From positions 1 through 28,308 of the forward strand of contig JBEKGL010000001.1 in the NCBI GenBank assembly GCA_050012815.1: a stretch of DNA of 28,308 nucleotides, read 5' to 3'. How positions within the stretch are numbered: the first letter of the stretch is position 1; each line of letters begins with the position of its first letter. The position numbers and the translations under genes were made by a program. The notes under the pieces are model-generated. The model saw nothing but the letters and a program-made list of their open reading frames with translations, ran no database searches and was not told where the DNA came from. This document shows positions 23,375-28,308 of the stretch, piece after piece. The stretch comes from Thermoguttaceae bacterium. GTDB taxonomy: Bacteria; Planctomycetota; Planctomycetia; Pirellulales; Thermoguttaceae.

Positions 23375-24937
23375 ATGGATAATGGCGCAAATGGCAGTGG
23401 GAAAAAGAGAATGTATGCCTTGGCGGTAGGAGGCATTATTCTGTTCAGTGCGCTTTGGAGGTTGTATCGCATCGACGCCCCCTTGGTGGATGGTTTTTGG
23501 GATAAACAAATCGCCATGGCGAACCTGGCGAGAAACATGGCGGGTCCGCCGTTTCACCTGCTGGGCGCATCGTACGACTTTTGCATTTCATCCGACGGAC
23601 AACGCTTGCCATGCACCGAGGAAATTCCTTTATATCACGGCTTGACGGCCTGGGGATATCGAATTTTCGGCGAACAAGACTGGTTCGGCAGGGCCGTTAG
23701 CGCGGCGGGTTCCTTGTTGGCCATTGCGGCGCTGATCGGTCTTTTGCGGCGGGAGTATGACGACGGTTTTGCGGTGACGGCGGGCGCGATATTCGCCGTT
23801 TGCCCGTTGCTGTTGTTTTACGGGCGGGCGGTAGTGCCCGATACCTGCATGTTGGGCTTCATGTTGGCGGCGGCCTATGGCTTTCGCCGTGCCTTGGACG
23901 AAAACAGCCGGGCATGGCTGATTGCCTGCGGTTTCGCCGGGCTTTTAGCGGTAGCCTTTAAATATTATGGATTGATGGTATTGCTGCCCATGGCCGAGAT
24001 GGCCTGGCGCGGGCAAAGAGTAAAGGGGTTGGTAAAACTTTGTCTGCCGGCGGCCATGATGTTCGTTCCGCTTGCGGCTTGGATGGCGTTGGTTTTTTTC
24101 CGCACCCCGAATCCGGCCCATAGTGGTGCGTATTTTATTTTCCAACAGCCGGGCATTTTGCTGACAAGTGTTTTTTGGACCCGGCTTGCCGACCGGTTTT
24201 TATGGAAGAGTTGCGGCCCGCTAACTACGATTTTGATTGGCGTGGGGTTCTATGCGGTGCTCTTCCGGCGGCAGCGGGCAGGGGCGGCGGTTGCCTGGTC
24301 CGTCATGGGACTGGCGTTCTATTTTTTGCTGGGTCCGAAATCTTTCGGCCATGAATATTACGAGTTAATGATGCTTCCCGGCGCGGCGTGCTGGGCAGCT
24401 TTGGGCTGGTGCTTCTTGTTCCGCCGATCTGCTGAAGAAAACCGAACTCGGAGCGTTTGTATCACGCTTGGCGCGTGCCTGCTGGTTTTGACCGCGATTG
24501 TACAATCGCCCATGATAAGCGACGGCCGTTTCCGGCAGGACATCGGTTACGTAATCGCGGCCCAAAGCGCGGAAAAGCACTGCTCCGATCGCGGGCGGAT
24601 AGCGGCGGGTCCGTTTTCCCCTCAGCCCATCATCCATTACGCCCGGCGCGAGGGTTGGACCTGGCAGGAATACCCCAGCGACATGCAAATCCTGCTGGAT
24701 CGTTACAAAAAATATGGCGCAGAGTGCGTTGTACTGTATTTCGATCGAAAAACACCGGCTGAAGAACGACGGCGCTACGACCCTTTGTTAAAAACTCTGC
24801 CGATATTGGAACACCATGCCGGTCCTTGGGGATTGGGCGGGACACCGTGCGAGTTTTACGTATTGCAATTGCCCGGCGCCGATTTCCAAGCGGAACATAC
24901 AGCGATAAAATCGCGAATCGAGGGCGCAAATAAATGA
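23375..24937 (+). CDS. GT39/ArnT-like (PMT_2) integral membrane glycosyltransferase
   Basis: Many TM helices; WDKQIAMANLARN, EEIPLYH, GRAVS, FYGRAVVPD, LLAVAFKYY and HEYYELM motifs. AAGGA RBS before ATG 23375. Confidence 0.82.
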   Translation: MDNGANGSGKKRMYALAVGGIILFSALWRLYRIDAPLVDGFWDKQIAMANLARNMAGPPFHLLGASYDFCISSDGQRLPCTEEIPLYHGLTAWGYRIFGEQDWFGRAVSAAGSLLAIAALIGLLRREYDDGFAVTAGAIFAVCPLLLFYGRAVVPDTCMLGFMLAAAYGFRRALDENSRAWLIACGFAGLLAVAFKYYGLMVLLPMAEMAWRGQRVKGLVKLCLPAAMMFVPLAAWMALVFFRTPNPAHSGAYFIFQQPGILLTSVFWTRLADRFLWKSCGPLTTILIGVGFYAVLFRRQRAGAAVAWSVMGLAFYFLLGPKSFGHEYYELMMLPGAACWAALGWCFLFRRSAEENRTRSVCITLGACLLVLTAIVQSPMISDGRFRQDIGYVIAAQSAEKHCSDRGRIAAGPFSPQPIIHYARREGWTWQEYPSDMQILLDRYKKYGAECVVLYFDRKTPAEERRRYDPLLKTLPILEHHAGPWGLGGTPCEFYVLQLPGADFQAEHTAIKSRIEGANK

Positions 24938-25121
24938 TTCACGCGATTTGTTTCCGGCCTATTGCCGGGCAATAAATGGGTCGGTAAAATACCGGGAACA
25001 CCCCAGTTTGAGTATCGTGTAATTGACGTCGCATTAATGGTTTAGCCCGGGCACTTGTGCCCGGAGGATTTGATATTGCATATCACATTCTTTTTCTGAC
25101 TATAAATAGCAGGAGAGTTTT

Positions 25122-25463
25122 ATGACCAAATGCCCGTCATGCGGCGAAGAGAATCCCCCCGGCGTCGGATTGTGTAAACGCTGCGGCGGCCCAATCCCCT
25201 TGGAAGAAAACGCGCGACCGGAGGTTCCTCCCGGCAGTTTGGAGGAACAAGTATTAGGACTTATGCGGGCGAGCAAAAAGATCGAGGCGGTCAAACTTTA
25301 TCGCGAAATGACAGGCGCCGGTTTGAAAGAAGCCGTGGACGCCGTGGAAGACCTGGCAAAAGAGCACAATATCACTTCATCCAAAACCGGTTGCGCGGGC
25401 GTCTTGCTGATCCTGGTCGGCGCGGCGGTGTTGATATTACTGAAATACGCCGGCGCGGTTTAG
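25122..25463 (+). CDS. Zinc-ribbon + ribosomal L7/L12 C-terminal-like domain + C-terminal TM protein
   Basis: CPSCG...CKRCG; KKIEAVKLYREMTGAGLKEAVDAVE; hydrophobic tail. AGGAG RBS. Confidence 0.8.
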   Translation: MTKCPSCGEENPPGVGLCKRCGGPIPLEENARPEVPPGSLEEQVLGLMRASKKIEAVKLYREMTGAGLKEAVDAVEDLAKEHNITSSKTGCAGVLLILVGAAVLILLKYAGAV

Positions 25464-25477
25464 GATTTTCCCCGTCT

Positions 25478-26527
25478 TTATGAGCCAATGTATTTCGCGT
25501 ATAGCGTGCGGGCGGCGGATATGTCGTCTGTGCCCGAGATAATCGCGCGGCCGTCGGGGAAAACGGTGATTTCGTGGGGCGGGACTTTCAGACGCAGCAG
25601 GTATTGGTTCTGCGTGATCGAGCCGATGCCGGCAAGGCGCTTTGCCAAATCGTCAAGCGAAATGCTCTTTCCAGGATTGCTCAGTTGCACGGCGTTGCGC
25701 CCGCAGAGCACGGCTGACCGGCCGCCCTCGCGCCCGGAAAGCCAGGGATATTCGCCTCGTTTGCACGTCGGACAATCGACTTGCTCGCGCAAGCGGCTCA
25801 CATCGACCTGCTTGATATGGTTCCGCCAGATATCGACGACCGTCAAGTGCCGGGATACGGCGTCGCGGTTGCCGCTGAGGATTTTGATCGCCTCGGCGGC
25901 CTCGATCGATGCGATCACGCCCACGATTGGGCCCAAGATGCCGGCCGTATCGCAGGTGGGCGTGCTGCCGGGCTGAGGGCAGGTTTCCATAAGGCAGCGC
26001 AGGCAAGCGGTTTCGCCGGGCAGGATGGTCATGGTTTGCCCCTCGGCGCCCACGCAACCGCCGTAGATCCACGGCAGGCGGAGCTTTACGGCCGCGTCAT
26101 TCAGCAAAAAACGAGTTTCAAAATTGTCCGTGCCGTCGAGGATCACATCCGCGCCGTCGCAGAACCGCTCGACGTTCGCGTGATTCACGTCGGCCACGAC
26201 CGGCTCGATTTCGACCGATGAATTTATACGGCGGAGTTTTTCGGCGGCGGCCACGGCCTTGGGTAATCCGGCCGAAGCGTCCGCCTCGTCGAAAAGCGCC
26301 TGCCGCGAAAGATTGCTCAGCTCCACGAAATCCCGATCCACGATCCGCACCGCGCCCACGCCGGCCCGCACCAGCGTATTGGCAATCGCGCTGCCCAGCG
26401 CCCCGCACCCGCAGATCAAAGCCCGGGCCGAAGCCAATCGCCGTTGTCCTTCGTCGCCCAGCGGCGGAAAGCGTATTTGGCGGATGTAACGATTTGTGGT
26501 GGACAAATCAAACGACTTGAAAGTCAT
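25478..26527 (-). CDS. moeB: ThiF/MoeB family adenylyltransferase (E1-like)
   Basis: RYIRQI, ICGCGALGS, GVGAVRIVDRDFVELSNLSRQ, DVILDGTDNFETR, CLRC and CPTC zinc motifs. MoeB versus ThiF cannot be resolved from sequence alone. Confidence 0.85.
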   Translation of the reverse strand: MTFKSFDLSTTNRYIRQIRFPPLGDEGQRRLASARALICGCGALGSAIANTLVRAGVGAVRIVDRDFVELSNLSRQALFDEADASAGLPKAVAAAEKLRRINSSVEIEPVVADVNHANVERFCDGADVILDGTDNFETRFLLNDAAVKLRLPWIYGGCVGAEGQTMTILPGETACLRCLMETCPQPGSTPTCDTAGILGPIVGVIASIEAAEAIKILSGNRDAVSRHLTVVDIWRNHIKQVDVSRLREQVDCPTCKRGEYPWLSGREGGRSAVLCGRNAVQLSNPGKSISLDDLAKRLAGIGSITQNQYLLRLKVPPHEITVFPDGRAIISGTDDISAARTLYAKYIGS

Positions 26528-26549
26528 TACATTGGATTACGGCGGAAAT

Positions 26550-26780
26550 TCAGGTGGTGGTCAATTCTCTGGCATGCAGGATTTGCGATCCATAAAGAGG
26601 GCTGATATCCTCGGCCTTCAAGGTAAGCACTGCTATGGTTTTACCTTGCGCCGTGACAAATTCGACTTCAAATATCGAACCGCCCTCGTAGCAATGCACC
26701 ACAGTTCCTACGTCTCCGCGCTGGAGGTGGTGGGATTCCATGTCTTTCGTCAGCGTAACTAGATCGTGTTCCTTAATCAT
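26550..26780 (-). CDS. DUF4926 domain-containing protein
   Basis: MIKEHDLVTL...GDVGTVVH....FEVEF....T.AVLTL pattern. Confidence 0.85.
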   Translation of the reverse strand: MIKEHDLVTLTKDMESHHLQRGDVGTVVHCYEGGSIFEVEFVTAQGKTIAVLTLKAEDISPLYGSQILHARELTTT

Positions 26781-26813
26781 AGGATTATCCGTGTTCTGCC
26801 GGATAGGCTCTAA

Positions 26814-26841
26814 ATTATAATTGAAGCTGATAAAATATCAA
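26814..26841 (-). promoter_or_regulatory. Predicted sigma70-type promoter for DUF4926-moeB
   Basis: Minus strand TTGATA-16 bp-TATAAT, ending 33 bp before ATG 26780. Confidence 0.6.
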
Positions 26842-26918
26842 TCGACAATATCTCCAGGATCTGCGGCTTTATAATGCAGTAAATTGCACTCGAATTTCTC
26901 CCGGCATAAGCGATGGTG

Positions 26919-28308
26919 CTAAACATTTTGGCTTGTTTTCTGTTGTTTTTCCGCCCACAACACTTCGGCCAGGTATCGGCCGGTGATGGAGTGTTCGCAG
27001 TTGGCGACCATTTCGGGGGTGCCTTTTATGACGACTTGGCCGCCTTCGTCGGCCGCGCCCGGGCCGAGGTCGATGATGTAATCGGCGGCCTTCATCATTT
27101 GCAGGTTGTGTTCCACCACGAGCAGCGAATGGCCCACGGCCAGCAGGGCGTCGAAGCAATCGAGCAATTGCACGATGTCGAAAAAGTGCAATCCGGTGGT
27201 GGGTTCGTCGAGGATGAACAGGCTTCGGCCGCGTTTTGCGCTGCTCATGTATGCGGCGAGTTTCAGGCGTTGGGCCTCGCCGCCCGACAGGGTGTTGGCC
27301 GGCTGGCCGAGCCGCACGTAGTCCAGGCCCACGTCGATCAAGCGTTTCAGCCGGGCCTGCACTTTGGACTGGCCGCGGAAAAAAACAAAAGCCTCGCGCA
27401 CGGTCATCTCCAGCACGTCGGCAATATTGCGGCCGCGATAGGTGACATCCAGGATTTCGTCGCGATAGCGGGTGCCGTTGCACTGGGCGCATCGCATGTA
27501 AACGTCGGCCAGAAATTGCATGTCGATCTGGATGTAGCCGTCGCCCCGGCAGGCGGCGCAGCGCCCGCCGTCGACGTTGAAACTGAAATGTCCGGCGTTG
27601 TAACCGCGGGTGCGGGCTTCGACCGTGTCGGCGAATACGTTGCGGATTTCGTCGAAAACTTTCAAATACGTCACCGGATTGGAGCGCGGCGAGCGCCCGA
27701 TGGGGCTTTGATCGACCATGATCACGTCGTCGATCTGACCGTCGCCGAAAATGTCATCGTGAGGATAAGGTTTTGAGGCGTCTTTGCGCAAGCGGCGGCA
27801 GAGGGCCGGGTACAGGGTGTCTTCGACCAGCGTGCTCTTGCCTGAGCCGCTCACGCCGGTCACCAGGCACAACATGCCCAGGGGAAATTCCACGGTTATG
27901 CCTTTCAGATTGTTTCCCCGCGCGCCGGCCAGGCGGATCCAGCCGTGATTGGGCGGGCGGCGGCGAGGGTTTGCGCCCACCCCGCGCCGGCCGGCTAGAT
28001 AGTCGCCGGTAAGGCTGTCGGGCGAATTTTCCAATTCCCGGGGAGTCCCCTGGAACACGATGCGTCCGCCGCGTTCGCCCGCCCCCGGACCGATCTCCAC
28101 GATCTGATCGGCCGCGCGGATCATCGATTCCTCATGCTCCACCACGACCACGGTGTTGCCGCGGTCGCGGAGTTTTTTGATCGCGGTAATGAGTTGATTG
28201 ATATCGCGGGGATGCATGCCGATCGACGGCTCGTCGAGCACATAGAGCATGTTTACCAGGCTGGAACCCAAGGAGGCGGTCAGTGCGACGCGCCGGGCTT
28301 CGCCGCCG
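26919..28308 (-). CDS. uvrA: Excinuclease ABC subunit UvrA (C-terminal part; 5' end off the window)
   Basis: GGEARRVAL..SL..LYVLDEPSIGMHPRD, GARGNNLK, GVSGSGKST, FSFNVDGGRC..C.GDG, LSGGEAQRLKLA, DEPTTGLH, VEHN, DLGPG. Confidence 0.95.
   Translation of the reverse strand, partial: GGEARRVALTASLGSSLVNMLYVLDEPSIGMHPRDINQLITAIKKLRDRGNTVVVVEHEESMIRAADQIVEIGPGAGERGGRIVFQGTPRELENSPDSLTGDYLAGRRGVGANPRRRPPNHGWIRLAGARGNNLKGITVEFPLGMLCLVTGVSGSGKSTLVEDTLYPALCRRLRKDASKPYPHDDIFGDGQIDDVIMVDQSPIGRSPRSNPVTYLKVFDEIRNVFADTVEARTRGYNAGHFSFNVDGGRCAACRGDGYIQIDMQFLADVYMRCAQCNGTRYRDEILDVTYRGRNIADVLEMTVREAFVFFRGQSKVQARLKRLIDVGLDYVRLGQPANTLSGGEAQRLKLAAYMSSAKRGRSLFILDEPTTGLHFFDIVQLLDCFDALLAVGHSLLVVEHNLQMMKAADYIIDLGPGAADEGGQVVIKGTPEMVANCEHSITGRYLAEVLWAEKQQKTSQNV

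Noticed and set aside
23156-23375. Short ORFs on both strands upstream of the GT39 gene
   Set aside because: They consist largely of the REP-like triplet and have no RBS or homology cues.
25122-25463. True ribosomal protein gene rplL
   Set aside because: It lacks the L7/L12 N-terminal dimerisation domain and hinge, has a zinc ribbon and TM, and is not in an rplJ/rpoB context.
26781-26918. Remnant toxin gene upstream of DUF4926
   Set aside because: Only a few codons (RAYPAEHG) follow an in-frame stop; too short to support.
26913-27776. 287-aa plus-strand ORF
   Set aside because: Antisense shadow of uvrA.

Overview
This 28.3 kb window is probably from a Planctomycete-like bacterium. That placement is inferred from gene content (PEP-CTERM surface proteins, TMTC-like TPR glycosyltransferase, Hanks kinase) and abundant REP-like palindromes; it was not confirmed by search. 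Genes from left to right: a partial type IIG-like restriction-modification gene on the minus strand that the ORF track misses; a TMTC-like GT-C/TPR protein with REP-like hairpins inserted in frame; a nested palindromic MITE/REPIN-like element and a 38-bp-period array; suhB; a two-gene secreted glycosidase operon (six-hairpin GH, then a CBM-like/GH5 fusion) preceded by an orphan intrinsic terminator; a GNAT; a secreted thermonuclease with a Cys/His tail; two tandem PEP-CTERM beta-solenoid paralogs bracketed by three copies of one hairpin repeat; a sensor-less histidine kinase; a small hypothetical; glcF; an AT-rich DUF4760-like gene; a Ser/Thr kinase; a GT39-like glycosyltransferase; a zinc-ribbon/L7-L12-like membrane protein; ThiF/MoeB; DUF4926; and partial uvrA. 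No rRNA, tRNA, CRISPR array, transposase or reverse transcriptase was seen. The most unusual signals are the repeat-bracketed modular PEP-CTERM array, the repeat-derived coding insertion and the nested palindromic element. All family assignments come from motif recognition by eye.
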